NCBI RefSeq assembly: GCF_009914755.1
Contig: NC_060940.1
From: the human T2T-CHM13v2.0 reference genome, Homo sapiens
Length of the DNA: 64,000 bases
Strand: one strand, 5' to 3'
How positions within the stretch are numbered: position 1 is the stretch's first letter; every line of letters begins with the position of its first letter. The position numbers were made by a program, and so were the translations under genes. The notes under the pieces were generated by a model that worked only from the letters and a program-made list of their open reading frames with translations, was not told the origin of the DNA and did no database searches. Shown here in pieces: positions 14,613 through 28,113 of this stretch.

Positions 14613-15072
14613 TGAAAGGAGTTAGCCAGCTTGCCTTAGGCAGACAGTAAGGGAGGGGTCCTCAGAGAACCTCTGACTCACCCCACAAGTGCTTACACCA
14701 GACGGTTTTGTGCAGATAAGGGAACTTGCACAGGGGTCTTGCCTAAACATGCCCACAGTAGAAAATTCTGTTGCTTAACACATGCACAGTAAGGGAAACA
14801 CAGAAATATGGAGCAGCTCAGTCTGAGGGCTCCCCCACACACTGGAAGGACAGGTGGAGCCACCAGGAATTTGCACCTTATGCCCTGGTATTCAACTGTG
14901 AAGGAGGCAACCAGCAACCTGCTTATTCAGGACCCCTCTCTTTGTTGAGAGCTTTCCTTTCACTTCATACATTCTACTCCACTCACTCTCTGGTGTCCAC
15001 ATGCCTAATTTTTCCTGGTTATGAGACAAGAACCTGGACCTAGCTGAGCTAAAGAGCAAAAATCCTGCATCA
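14613..15072 (+). mobile_element. ERV1 solo LTR, LTR9-like
   Basis: tgaaaggagttagccagcttgccttagg...aaaaatcctgcatca; TG/CA termini; 4-bp TSD GTGG at 14609-14612 and 15073-15076. Confidence 0.85.
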
Positions 15073-15923
15073 GTGGGGGATAGTAAAAGGTGGGTGGTCA
15101 CAACCCAGCCTTAGGAGTTGGAGCCTTGAATCCAGCAGTCTCTGGTTACATTCCTGATGTGGATGGCCACTGCAGGGTAGGAGTAAATGGTCAGTCTCAG
15201 CTTCAGTTAGTGTTAGAAGGCACTTTCTGATGGACACAGAGATTTGAGAAAGATGCCTAGGTTTGGAGTAGCATTGGTAGGTTCAATCATAGAAACAGCA
15301 ATGCAAGACATACAGAAAGGACCCAAAATACCCATCAGATCTGATGAGAGAGGAAAACTGCCTGTGATAAGGCAGTACTACAGGTGGTAGTATCCTGGCT
15401 GGTCCAGGGTACTCAAAAAATAGTCTTTTATAAATTCCAGGATTTGAGATTTTCTCATCTTCTGCTCCCTACCCCTTGATAAGCACTGGGATTAAAATAT
15501 GTAAAGAAGGTAGTTTCTTGAACTTAGTAGGTACTCAATACATTTTATTTTCATAATTAATGAATTAATTAATATTATGAAGGATACAAAACAATAGCTC
15601 TTTATTATAAATATTTTATAATGGTGGAATTTAGATTAGAATTTAGATGGTCCTACTATTTTAGTTATTTATTCATGGATATTGTATTTGTTAAGATTCT
15701 CTGGAGAAATATAATCAATAATGTGTATGGGTACATATATATATGTAATTTGGGTAAAATATGTATTATATATAATATATATGTACACATACACATATGT
15801 ATACTGCTATTACCATATATACAAATATATTACCATATATGTATAAAAAGATGGGAAGGAAGGGGTATTCCTCACTTATAACAACATACGTACTGCTATT
15901 ACCATATGGTAATTATGGAGGCT

Positions 15924-16362
15924 CATGTGGTTTGGACCTGTGTCCCCACCTAATCTCATGTTGAATTATAATCCCCAGTGCTGGAGATGGGACCTGGTGG
16001 GAAGTGATTATACTATAGGGGCAATTTCTCATGAATGGTTCAGCACCATTCTCTTGGTGCTGTTCTTTTAAGAGTGAATGAGTAGTGAGTTCTCGTGAGA
16101 TCTGGTTGTTTAAAAATGTTTAGGACATACCCTGCTCCCCTCTCTCTATTTGGCTCCTGCTCTGGCCATGTAAAACGTGCCTGCTTCTCCTTTGTCTTCT
16201 GCCATGACTATAAGTTTCCTGAGACCTCCCAGAAGCTGAGCAGATGCCAGCATCATGCTTCCTATACAGCCTGTAGAACCATGAGTCAATTCAACCTCTT
16301 TTCTTTATAAATTACCCAGTCTCATGTGTTTCTTTACAGCGGTGTGAGAATGGGCCGTATGT
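15924..16362 (+). mobile_element. MSTA-like MaLR solo LTR inserted into MLT2
   Basis: tggtttggacctgtgtccccacc...ttctttataaattacccagtctca; flanks aggct/aagct. Confidence 0.88.
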
Positions 16363-16717
16363 AAGCTGAAGCCCCAGGAAAGCTGGTGGTTTAATTCCAG
16401 TATGAGTCTGAAGGTCTGAGAACCAAAAGAGCCAATGATGAAAATCCTAGCCTGAGGGTAGGAGACCAACGTCCCAGCTAAGAGGCAGGCAGAAAGTTTT
16501 TAAAAAGGGTGAATTATCCCTTCCTTTGCCTTTTTGTTCTATTTATGCCCTAAAATAGATTGGATGAGGCCTACTTATGCTGAGGAGAGCCATCTACTTT
16601 ACTGAGTCCACCAATTCAAATGCTAGTGTTATCTAGGAACACTCTCAGAGTCACATCCAGAAATAATCTAGGCATCCTGTGGCACAGTCGAGTTGACACA
16701 TAAAATTAAGTATCATA
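16363..16717 (-). mobile_element. MLT2 (ERVL) LTR fragment
   Basis: gagtctgaaggtctgagaacc...gttgacacataaaattaagtatca, the reverse complement of the MLT2 5' end. Confidence 0.82.
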
Positions 16718-16911
16718 GATATATAGTAGCCCATCAGCAAAATATTCCCACATAAATGATAATATTATTTCAGAGAAGTGACCCACAGGAATAAAGTTTC
16801 TGTTTCACTGGTAGGTTGACACTGGAGCAAAAACATAGGTGAAAATAAAAGCAATGTGAATATATTTCATTGCAAATAAGCCAGTATTCAGAAGATTCCT
16901 GTTCTTCTAAA

Positions 16912-17120
16912 TCAGAATCTCTCAACCTCTGCGATATCGACACGTTGAACTAGATAATTCTGTGTTGGGGACTGTGCTGTTCATTGCAGGATGTTGAGTA
17001 CCATCCCTGACCTCTGCTCAGTAAAACCCAGTGGTATTCTCCAGTGTGACAGCCACAGATTTCACAGGCATTGCCAAAATTCCCTGGTGAAGCAAAATTT
17101 CCCTCAGCTGAGAGTCACTA
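16912..17120 (-). mobile_element. MER20 DNA transposon
   Basis: tctcaacctctgc...gataattctgtgttgggg...cattgcaggatg...cattgccaaa. Confidence 0.8.
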
Positions 17121-17539
17121 TACTAGGTTAAAGAATTTTGTATTATTAAAATGAGATAAAGTATGTAGAAACATTTTGCTCACAATTTTATGGCTTTCAG
17201 AAATTTGAGAATTAGTTATGTTTTAATTTTTATTCAGAAATAAGCTGTGAATCTGGTTTACCAAATAAGAATTGTACTTCTAATTGGAAACATTCTTGCT
17301 GCTTTCAAATACTTCAGTGGAATTGGCATGTTCTACTCTGGTGTCCTAGAAGTAACTTCTGGGGCCTTGAGATGTCAGATAATTTGCCTAAGGTCATAGG
17401 CTTTTAAGTGAAGATCTGGAATATCAGCTCAGGTTAGAGGGATTTCACAGATCATAGTAAACTCAAATAAACGATCTTTCTGTTTTACATAGTCTGTGTT
17501 TCATGATTTATTGTATGCTTTTAAAAAAATCACCCTGCT

Positions 17540-17889
<350 letters not shown>

Positions 17890-18129
17890 CTAGTCAAGTC
17901 CTAGATGTCCGTATTAGGATTAACTGGGATTTAATTGGGGATTTCCTGACCAATATGAAAATAAGATTTCGGCATCATGATTTGTGTTTGCATTCTATAT
18001 GTCCCTTCCTTCTCCCCTTCAAATATGGGTGAAACATAGGATTAATGTACCTTTAAAACTCTCATTTCTCCTCCTTATTCTTCCATGATTTATTGTTAAA
18101 TAGTCACTCTCATATTAAAAATGGCTATA

Positions 18130-18330
18130 AAGTATTGAGCAGTTTTCATGTAAAAATTTATTATTCTATCTTCCAAACTCCCCAGGAGGTCAATATTCTT
18201 AGTTTTTATTCTCATTTTATTGCAGCAAAATCTGAGAGGCAGAAAGTTGAGTACAAGTCACACAGCTCTCGTGTAGGAGCCAGGATTCAAATGTACATCT
18301 ATTTCATAGTAAAACCCATATTCTTCAACT
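18130..18330 (-). mobile_element. MIR
   Basis: ctcattttattgcag...tgagaggcaga...aagtcacacagct...gagccaggattcaaa. Confidence 0.6.
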
Positions 18331-18648
18331 TCACCCTATACTAATTTTCATGCAAAGCCAGTCAGCAAAGATACAGATAAAGACCTTGCAGGAAATTTCA
18401 TATTCATAATAATCATGCAAAACTCAGGCTCCAGAATGCAAATAAATAAACAAAGGCAATAACTTTATCTTTACAAGGGAGTTAAAATAGATATGACATT
18501 GTTATCAAAATATCCGTTTTGCTTTATCATTTGATAATTCTTATTTATTTTATTGTAGGGCTGTTCCTTGAGTTCAAGCCCCACTACATATTTCCTGATG
18601 TAAGCAGGTCTGGTACACATCCTTGCTGGGTAAAAAAGGAAAAACAAC

Positions 18649-18947
18649 GACTGAGTGTGGTGTCTTGCGCCTGTAATCCCAGCACTTTGGCAGAATGAGT
18701 TGGGCAGATTCTTTGAGATTGGGAGTTCGAGACCAGCCTGGCCAACATGGCGAAACCCTGACTCTACTAAAAATACAAAAATTAGCTGGACATTGTGGCA
18801 CGTGCTTATAATTCCAGCTACTTTGGAGACTGAGGCACAAGAATCGCTGGAGGTCGGGAGGCAGTAGTGAGCCAAGATTGTGCTACTGCACTCCAGCCTG
18901 GATGACAAGAGCAAGACTCTGTCTCAAAAAAAAAAAAAAAAAAAAAA
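18649..18947 (+). mobile_element. AluS SINE
   Basis: Full dimer, gagttcgagaccagcctggccaacatgg, poly-A; short TSD aaacaac. Confidence 0.93.
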
Positions 18948-21900
18948 GTAAACAACATGGAAAAAAAGAGGCTCCAGAGAAAATTGTCAATAAATACAAT
19001 TATGACCCAAAAGAGTAGTGGGTTAAAAGAGGCCTCTTGAAGAGAAGCCAGTAAGGGAGGATTTATTTAGTTTTCGCTTTTAATTTAGTAAAGATTTAAA
19101 TAACAAATTACTGGAGAAATGGTAAAACACAGAAATTTATATAGAATGTAAAGAAAAAATCACCTATTAAAAATAAATTCAGTGATAAGAATGAATTAGT
19201 TTTTAAAAGTATTATTAACTTCTTTTCCAATTTACTCGGCCAACGTGGTTAAACACCTACTATATGCCAGAATCTGTTCTACATCCCAGAAATTTAAAAT
19301 GAGGCAGAAGAGACAGGAATGCAAAGGGTTAAATGTTACTCCACCTTTTTACCTGAACTTGAGATTTGAATGGGATTTGGACATAAATCATCACATAATT
19401 TTAGGGTTATTTAGTGAGTGAATTTGACCATCAAGTAATGAATACTTGTACTACTAAAGGCCTATTAGTGTGCCCTTTGGTCATATCAACAAATGCCTCG
19501 GGTAAATGGAGCAATTTAGGAAAATATTTGAATCCGTAATTTGGGAGGTAGGAGGTAGTTGGGAATGGATAGGAATAAGTCTTTTCACAGAAAAAAATGG
19601 AATGACTGAGATGTGAAGACAAAATAGCTTCTTTTCTGTTCTTTTTAAAATTTATTTAAAAGAATGCTCCCTGAGGAGAAAAATTACCATCAAGAACCCT
19701 CTATCATTTGGTCAACATTTCATATTATTTTATGTTTATTTTCACTGCTGATAAATCAGATATATCACCAATGGATTGTATATTTGATAAAGAAATTCTT
19801 CTAAAGACCAATTTCTACTTCTCTCAAAAAGTTTTCTTTTTTTTTAATTCAATTCTGCTTCCACAGTTGAAAACATTTGCCAAGTTTGTGTCACAAATTA
19901 GACATCTGAGAAGCAGGCAGCAAGTTTGTTAATTATTGGGATTAATTTCAAGGAACTTATTCTCATTAGACTTTATGAGCCATGCTATACACAGTAACGT
20001 GTGAAAGTCCACAACCACAACATAGTGATGTCAGTAGGTAATTAAGGGCACAAATGAGACTTTTTGCAGAAAAAACAAAGTGTAGCAAATGCTTTCTGTA
20101 TTACCACATTATTAGATAGAATTAAGGGTTGATAATTACAGAGAATTAAGTAGAGATCATTTTGGTAGCTACAAATTAAGAGAGAAGTCAGTTTGGCTCT
20201 AAAAACAAATGTTCAATATACACATAAATCATAATGTTTCATAGCTGACACTTTATCCTGGGTGTGATGAGCTATGTAATAGTGTTTTACTGCCACATGA
20301 TCTGGAAGTAGGCACAGTTTGTCATCAGAAAGATTTTTAAAGTGTTGATCTTTCAGAAAAACAATCTCACACTTCAAATGGCCTCGTGATGGAAAACACA
20401 TAAAACAGATGTCCTTTTTTTTAGTCTATTGGCACTTCGTTGTTATCATTCCTGGTATAAAGGAAAGTAGAGGAGATTGACTATGAATAAAATGTAAAAA
20501 TACATGTCTCAACATCTCACCTCCACTTCTTCAGAAAGAGAAACCCCTGGAGGGTCACAGTGGATGAAAGTTTGGCAAGCAATCATAAATGGAAAGTGTT
20601 TAAAGAAGTAAACGTGGATCAATGGTGTCCTAAAAAAAAATTCAGTGTCTACTGTGAGATCAGACCTATGCTCATCTCACGTCTAGTCTATTAAAGCTAT
20701 TTAAGTAAAATTTAGCGTATTGCTAGTACAGAATAGTGACGTTAAATGAAGGATTGGCAAACAGGAGTAAAAGACAACTATAAAAAGATTGAAGTGTTCT
20801 TAACATTATCCTGTGTTTTAAATGCAGCTCATCAACGATATACATATTTTCATGCATCTCACATTTTACAATAGATTAAAATATATGTGTTCTTATTACC
20901 AAGTGAGATAATAGACATTTAAGATCTTTTAAACCCTAGTATGTGATATAAATCAATGGAGTTGTTGATGATAATGCTGATGATGTGATTATTATTGTTA
21001 TTTTCAATGAAACTCCAAGTTGGACATGGACTAATAAATGAGCCTTTCTTTAATGCCCTCCATGATCTTGACAAAGATGACTTAATATTATTAATTTTGT
21101 TTCATCCATACCTGAAAGAACTATAATCTGTCCTTTCAAACTTAGGATGACTTTTCCCTTTCCAGTGCTTGAACAGAAAGATTTGGCTTAATGCTGGGGC
21201 TGATTGCTACATAAGGAAGTCTCAGAGATGTCAGAGGAGAGCTGTCTTTTAGTTGTGGTGGAGATTCTAATACGGCCTGCAGAAGAATCTGTATGTATGT
21301 TCATACGCATACATCATATTATACAATGGAGCATTTCTTTTATGAGTTTCTACTCTATAATTTGAAATAAATTAAAAATTAAAAGTTTTAGTCTTCTAAT
21401 TAGATGGCTCCTGTCATGCGTCTTTTCTAGTCCCTCTGCATGTGCTAACTTGCTGGTAGGTTGCATCCATTGAGGGTGTATGGGCTTGTGTATGCGTGTA
21501 TTTTCTGTGTTTATGTTCTTGTCTTTTATGTTTGGTTGGGAGTGATAATATTCAGAATGGGTTTCTTAATTAAACTTAAAGATACTTATACCCTGAGGCT
21601 AGAGACAGGCATCTAGTAATAAATTAGATATAAATGAATAATAATAGAGAAGCATGACATTTAAATAGCAGACTTATAAATTTCATGTGAAATAGCTGCA
21701 CTGCCTAGGTGAAAGCTTCAGTAGGATTAAAGCAATTTAATTAGTGCTATTTCAAAACGAAATTTCCAGGCCCATGTGACTTTCCTTAATGAAATCCTCC
21801 CCTTAAATATCTAGTTTATTTACAGGTGAAATGATAAAGAGAAGACAAGAGAGTTCTTCAAGACATTCTTAAACACTGCAAATCTCTGGAAATCGATTCC

Positions 21901-22865
21901 AATCAACACAACTTTATTGCAGAGTGGTTTTGAATGTTGAATGATTAAAGGAACATCTTTGATATTACAGCTATTGAGTTAAGTGATGCAGAAACAAACT
22001 ATTTGGAAAGTGGGTACTAGGCTATTAGTTCATGGAAAGTGGACACCCTAAAATGTTCATGGTCATAATCAAATTAGTGGAAAGTATATCCCTTATTGGG
22101 CATTCAGGCAAACATTTCATTTATTTTATAATATTTTAATTCATAATTAGACCTAGACATCTATGAGGGCTACTTTAGATAATGCCGATCTACTTTCTGG
22201 GTAGATAAGCACATAGGCAATGAAATGTGGTTAATAAAATAGATGTGTACAGGTATAAATGGAACATGGGGAAAGGAGGATTGACATTTTCCTTTTAAGA
22301 CTTCATACCAGTTTTGTAGAGGAATTGTCAGTTGAGATGAGTTTTGATGACAGAGGAAGGATTTTTTTTTTCTTTTTTTGGTAGAAAATGAAGGTAATGT
22401 GGACTGGACCACTTTGGAGATAAGAGTGAATAGAAAACGGATGCTGGAGTTGAATTGACAAATTACTTCAATTATTTTAGCCCTATTTATCTTATTTATA
22501 AAACACAGATAATAATAGAATTGTGAAAATGGTATGAGAAAATCCATATACAATACTGACCCAGTGTCTGGCAGTTAGTAAACACTTAATAAACATCTGC
22601 TGTAATAATAACGTTTTTATCTCAAGTATAGTGTTTTCATGATATTTGTTTTGTTTGATGTTATTGCATGTGACATGCTGATCTCTTGTCAGTAGTGAGA
22701 AATGGGCCTAGGTGGATACAGAGCGGACAGAGAAGATTTCATATAAAATCTGCACATACTCTTAAAAACAACGAAACAGCTGTTGAAGCATTTAAAAGTA
22801 GAATCAAAATATGTTACCCACACCTTCAAAGTGGTGAGGGAAGAAGTTTGAATAACAAGGATGAG

Positions 22866-23254
22866 TATATTTGTCCGTTTTCACATGGCTGTAAAGAAAT
22901 ACCCGAGACTGTATAATTTATAAAGGAAAGAGGTTTAATCGACTCACAGTTCCACATGCCTTTGGAGGCCTCAGGAAACTTACAATCATCACAGAAGGTG
23001 AATGAGAAGCAAGGAGCTGCTTCAAATAGTGGCAGGGGAGAGAATTGCAAGCAGGGGAAATGCCAGATGCTTTTAAAATCATCATATCTCATGAGAACTC
23101 ACTCACTATCATGAGAACAGTAAGGGGAAAACTGACCCCATGATCCAATCACCCACCCACCTCCACAATTCAGGATTACAGATCCCTCCCTTGACATGTG
23201 AGGATTACAATTGGAGTGGAGATTAGGATGGGGGCCCAGAGCCAAACAGTATCA
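22866..23254 (-). mobile_element. THE1D/MSTA-type MaLR solo LTR
   Basis: gtccgttttcaca...aaaggaaagaggtttaatcgactcacagttccacatg...cagagccaaacagtatca. Confidence 0.9.
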
Positions 23255-23911
23255 AAGTTACCTACGGTAACTTTTGGAAGAACGGTCTTAATCATCATGA
23301 AGAAGAGAATACAGAAGATCAGGTCTGTAAGGTGAACATCTAGGTTTCTGTCAGAAAACGTGAATATCTAAATACAAATAATGTGTTTTGGGTGTTAGCT
23401 GTGCATGTGTTAATCCTTTGCATTTATTCTTTAATTTTCTAGCCACTGACCACCTTTTTTTGTTAGGTACAATGGTGATTTGTGAGAATGTGTTAGACAG
23501 CAAAATGGCTATGATTCCTGTCTTCTTAGATACGCATGTAGAGCAGACAGCAGATTGTGGGGTACGCCTGATAGGAATATTACAAGGAGTGAATAATTTG
23601 TCAGAAAATATCAGACATGAGTAAAATATGAGACCAAAATTTCTGTTCTAAGCCTTATCCCCTTCACCAGTTTTTCCTCTTCTACTTCCAGTCATGAGTA
23701 TTGAAATAAAGGAAAGAGTCTGTTCAGATCTCTTACACATCTCTAGGAAGAAAAAATAAAATCTCTGCACTTAAGGTATTTTCCACTTCACCCCAACGTT
23801 ACTTTTTCATTCACCTTAGGTTATTGATACTTAAAGTGAGTGAAGTTTACCTGTCATTTGACATAGCTTCATAGCTTTCTTGTCAGCCTAATAAATCTGA
23901 AAAGGTCCCAT

Positions 23912-24500
23912 TGTCGCAAACTGGATACCCCAGATGGTAGACTCTAAGTCAAAAATTAGCACGCGGGTGGTGTATCAGGTAGTGGTCTGAGGATTACTAC
24001 CTGTGGAAAGCAAGGGGCAACAGAGAATTAGACAAGGGGAAAGTTTGTGTTGAAATCTCAACAAAGACTTCAGCCAACTCTACAAATAGTTTCAAAGCAG
24101 GATGGGCTTTCTGAGTCCCACAAGCTTGGTGTGAGGTGACTGGGGTTTTATATGCATGCATCTCCTGGTCACTGGGTGCAGGCTGCCATGGGCAGAGGCA
24201 AGACCTCAGGCAGGATGACTCTCCTCAACTATCTTAATGGGGAGCCTGAAAATCCAAATTGCACTTCAGAGTTTTTCTGAGCTTGGCTGAGGTTGCCTCA
24301 GCTGTTATTCATCCTTGCTGAATGGTCGCTGGATGTGAGCTGTCAGTGGGTAGGAGCATGACCTTGGACCAGGCCATTCTTTTCAGCCAAGGCGATTTTG
24401 AAAAGAGCTGATGGCAGGATGCTCTCTGTGGGCAGCTCCCCCAGCAGCTGGGGAGCTAAGTCCTTCAGTCCTGAAAGGAGTATGATTGTCACATCACAGC
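23912..24500 (-). mobile_element. Old ERVL LTR, LTR33-like
   Basis: cccagatggtagactctaag...attagcacgcggg...acctgtgga...ctcccccagcagctgggg. Confidence 0.55.
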
Positions 24501-24519
24501 ATCTCCTACACTGAATAAA

Positions 24520-26330
24520 GAAAAAAAGGTAACAAAACAATTTCACTTGAACACCTTTCTCCCTCATGATACCTCCCAAACTCTCTCTTTTCTCAGCTTA
24601 ACTTCTTGCAAAAGTTGTCTCCTCTCTTGTTGCTACTTCTTTTAATCATAGTCCCCTGAACTCATAATGAGCAAATTTTCACTATACTCTGCCCTCTCCA
24701 AGATCCTCAAAGATATTCTAATTGCCTGGTTCACTCACCTCAATCCAGTATTTATTTCCTATCATTATTTTTTGCATTGTTAACACCATTAGCTGCTGTA
24801 TTTCTTTTGAAAGTATCTTGTCTTTTTTTTTTCTATAATATCCCATGGCTAGGCTTCTACCTACATCTATAATACTATTTTAATTATCTCTTTGATTCAT
24901 ATGCTTCCTGAAATTTAATTGTAGACACTGTAAATATTGGTCTATACATTCTTTTCCTTATAAACCTCTAGTCATGCAACCTTGACCTTTACCTTCACGC
25001 AGATAACTTTCAAATCCATATTTCTTATTCTAAACACTCTCTCAGGTTCCAAACATGCCTTTGCATGTGTATCCCAGATATCTTTCCATAGATTTCTTGA
25101 TGGCATCTTAATTAAACCTGTCAAAAATACTATCCTATTTGTTCCTTCTGGTTTCTCTTTGGTTCGTGGTATCTTTATTTCAGTGTTTCTAAACTCACCC
25201 ACCGAAAGGAATCCCTTGTAGAATTAGATCACCCAGCACAACCCCTGGAGATTCTGACTCACTACGTCTATGTTTAGGAGCCCAGGAAACCAAGTTTTTG
25301 ACACTTTCTTCAGTCCTTAGCATTAGTGAGTTTTGTGAAACACTGCTATATGCCATCAAGTAGACGAATTTCAGAGTCATATTTATTATAACTTTCTCTT
25401 TTTTTATGCCACCTCTTGTTGATAAAACTCACATATATTGTATATATTTCCTTTTCTCAGGCTTTATTTCCATTCCTCTAATTGAGTTCCCCATCATCTT
25501 TCATATGGATTCACTTATTCGTTTTCTTTTTAATATATGCCTCTAGTTGTACTATATTTGAAAGTTCCTTTTTCTTCATTGTTGCCACTGTTATGTCTTG
25601 AAAAGAGATCTGGTCACATTACTTCTCTGGTTCTATGAGTAACAAGCCTAAAATACTGAATAGCACTGATTTTTTAAAACCTAGCTTTACTTTATGTTTC
25701 AGACCTTCTAAGCCCTGCATACTATAGCCACTCAAAAAGTAGCCTATTCATATTTTTCTTTAAATCTATAGCCTTATAATTCTTTGTCTACTTGATCAAT
25801 ATCTGATAGAAGTGTATGCAAAACTCCGATTATAATTGTGATTTTGTTCATTTCCAGTCTGTCAGGGTTTTGTTTGGTTGTGTTTGCTTTAGTCTTTGTA
25901 GGTCCTGTGTTGGATGCATACAAATTTATCATTGCTCTATTGTCTTGATCTTACTTTTTAAAATTAAATAATGTTGCTTTAAGTTTGTCTTTTTAAAAAA
26001 AATTCTATTTTTTTGGATACCTGAAATTTCACAATGATGAACTTTTGCTAATGTTGTCTCTTCACTCAGACATCAAATTTGGTCCAGTGAAAGTCTACTC
26101 TGTGTTTCAAGATGCCATTGCAATAATAAAACTTTCTCTCTTTTCACCAGGAAAATTCAGCATGTTCCTCTTACATATCTTGCATTGTCTGGCGTTTAAT
26201 CAGTTAGTGACATAACTCTTTCCTACACTGGATTATAAGAATATGAGGATCACAACAACATTATAATCTTTCTTTGATTCTCCAGAATGCTTGCAACTTA
26301 GAGAATTTTATATAAATATTTATTGAATTG
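24520..26330 (+). mobile_element. Degraded L2, interrupted by MER5 and an L1M fragment (~25770-25990)
   Basis: Pyrimidine-rich L2-like body ending taaatatttattgaattgaa. Confidence 0.5.
25181..25344. mobile_element. MER5-family DNA transposon
   Basis: Terminal inverted repeats cagtgtttc / gaaacactg; ggagattctgactca core. Confidence 0.75.
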
Positions 26331-26514
26331 AAAAAATTATATTGAGTTTTAAAATTCTGGTTCTACCAAAATTTCCCTGACTTCCCTATGCCTTAATTTC
26401 TTCATCTCTACAATAGGGATTGATTTATTTTACGACTGTATAATTGCTATGTGTGTTAGAGACAAGAATAGTATGGGACCTATGACTGGTTTTAATATGT
26501 AGAAGACAAAATAC

Positions 26515-26605
26515 ATAATAATAATAAATAAATATAATATATATTTATATATTATATATTATATATGTATTTATAAATAAATAATATATAAATAATAAAT
26601 AATTT
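26515..26605. repeat. AT-rich low-complexity tract
   Basis: aataataaata/tatatat runs. Confidence 0.8.
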
Positions 26606-27339
26606 GTCTATCTGAAATAGCAAGCATGTGAGATTTATATTTTCAAATTTTCCTACTATTCTACCTAGATTTTATTTATTTGAAAGTAAAAGTTACAATA
26701 CAAATGTGATCTGTACTTAAATCCTGTAGTTGTCACTCTAACAACACATCTTTACTTTTATTGTAGGGGGATTGAGGGAACTGCTTATTTAAAAACAAAA
26801 GAAAACAACACACCATTACCAAAGTTAAAATATTTGGCATTCAACTCAAGGACAATGGAGAAACTATATTGAAATTATGGCTCTGTTCATAAGAGTGTAG
26901 TTTGAAGACAATCACAACTATTTTGGAAGGAAGTGGTGATTGTATCTCTTCTTTTTTTCCCCGTGTGACTATGAAGGATACAGTGGGAGTGGTGTTAGAT
27001 GCTCTAAAATGTCTGCCTTTTGGAAAAGGAAAGAGGAAAGAAAAAAGGCAAATTGTAAAATTTAGTGTACATGAGCCACAGATTAAGTAGCAAACTGCTC
27101 ATGTGGGACTTTATAAAATTGATCTTCTGAGTTTGGGGGTTTCAATTAGGGCACGTGACTAACACTTTTAAGGGAAATAAGAGCATAGAAACCAAAGTAT
27201 AATTTTGCTTCTTAGAATCCTTTAAGAAAGGTAAGAGGACAATTGAAAGTGCAAACAGAAGGATTTGCAGAAATTCTGTGGTACAGAGAAGGGAAGAGAA
27301 TCAACATTTCTTTCATACTGACATAACTCCATGTGCTTC

Positions 27340-28113
27340 TGAGGCAGGAAAAATAAGGATAGGGGGCCATCCTGACTCACCTCTTGTGTGAAGCCTCGCG
27401 AGCTCCTTTTGCAGTGGGTTCTGTGTCCCTTACACTGTTGTGCACTTTACTCTCTTGCAAGATAAACAGTCTTACAGGATACCAGCAGACTGCCTGATGG
27501 TGACAAGTTTCCGATACCAAATACAGCCCAGAAAAGAGGACAAAAGGCCTTTATTCATGATGTAGCTTCCCTAATCTCCAGCTAATCAACATCAAAAATC
27601 CAAAAAGCTATTAGCTACAAATTCCTGCCTTGGAGGGGATAGAGACTTCTCCAGGGTTCCGCATGTGCAGCTGGGTTCAAGGTTTAGCCGATAGTGGCCT
27701 TTTAATAGTAAAATTTTATATTTTAATTTTAATAGTAAAATTTTGTATTTTAATTTTAATAGTAAAATTTTATATTTTAATAGTAAAATACACACTCTAG
27801 GTGGAGATTTTATACGCTAATGATACATGCAGTGCATGTTAGAGCACGTAGATGCTGACCGCATGTGCCAACCACAGGTCTGCCTTTGCATACTTGACCT
27901 CCCCAGGATTTTATGAATATTTATGGGCAATTCCCATAAAGGGAATTCCCTTAGGGCACTAGGGACTGTCCTCCCTCCTTTTCAGCAGCCTGCTCTGCCT
28001 CTCAAGTGTACTTTTGCTTTGCAATAAACTTATTTGCCTTCTTTTACTTTAAACTCCCTCTCAAATTCTTTTGTGTGGTGAAGTCAAGAATCTGAGCTAG
28101 CCCAATGGCAATA
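27340..28113 (+). mobile_element. ERV1 (MER4-group) solo LTR
   Basis: tgaggcagga start; gcaataaactt polyA signal ~28021; caaattcttttgtgtggtgaagtcaagaa U5; flanks cttc/cttt. Confidence 0.75.
27700..27789. repeat. 27-bp tandem repeat (~3.3 copies) inside the LTR
   Basis: Unit ttttaatagtaaaattttatattttaa; produces the repetitive LLLKLKYKI ORF. Confidence 0.9.

Noticed and set aside
27592-27795. Repetitive LLLKLKYKI peptide; CRISPR-like periodicity
   Set aside because: A 27-bp tandem repeat with no unique spacers and no cas genes, in primate DNA
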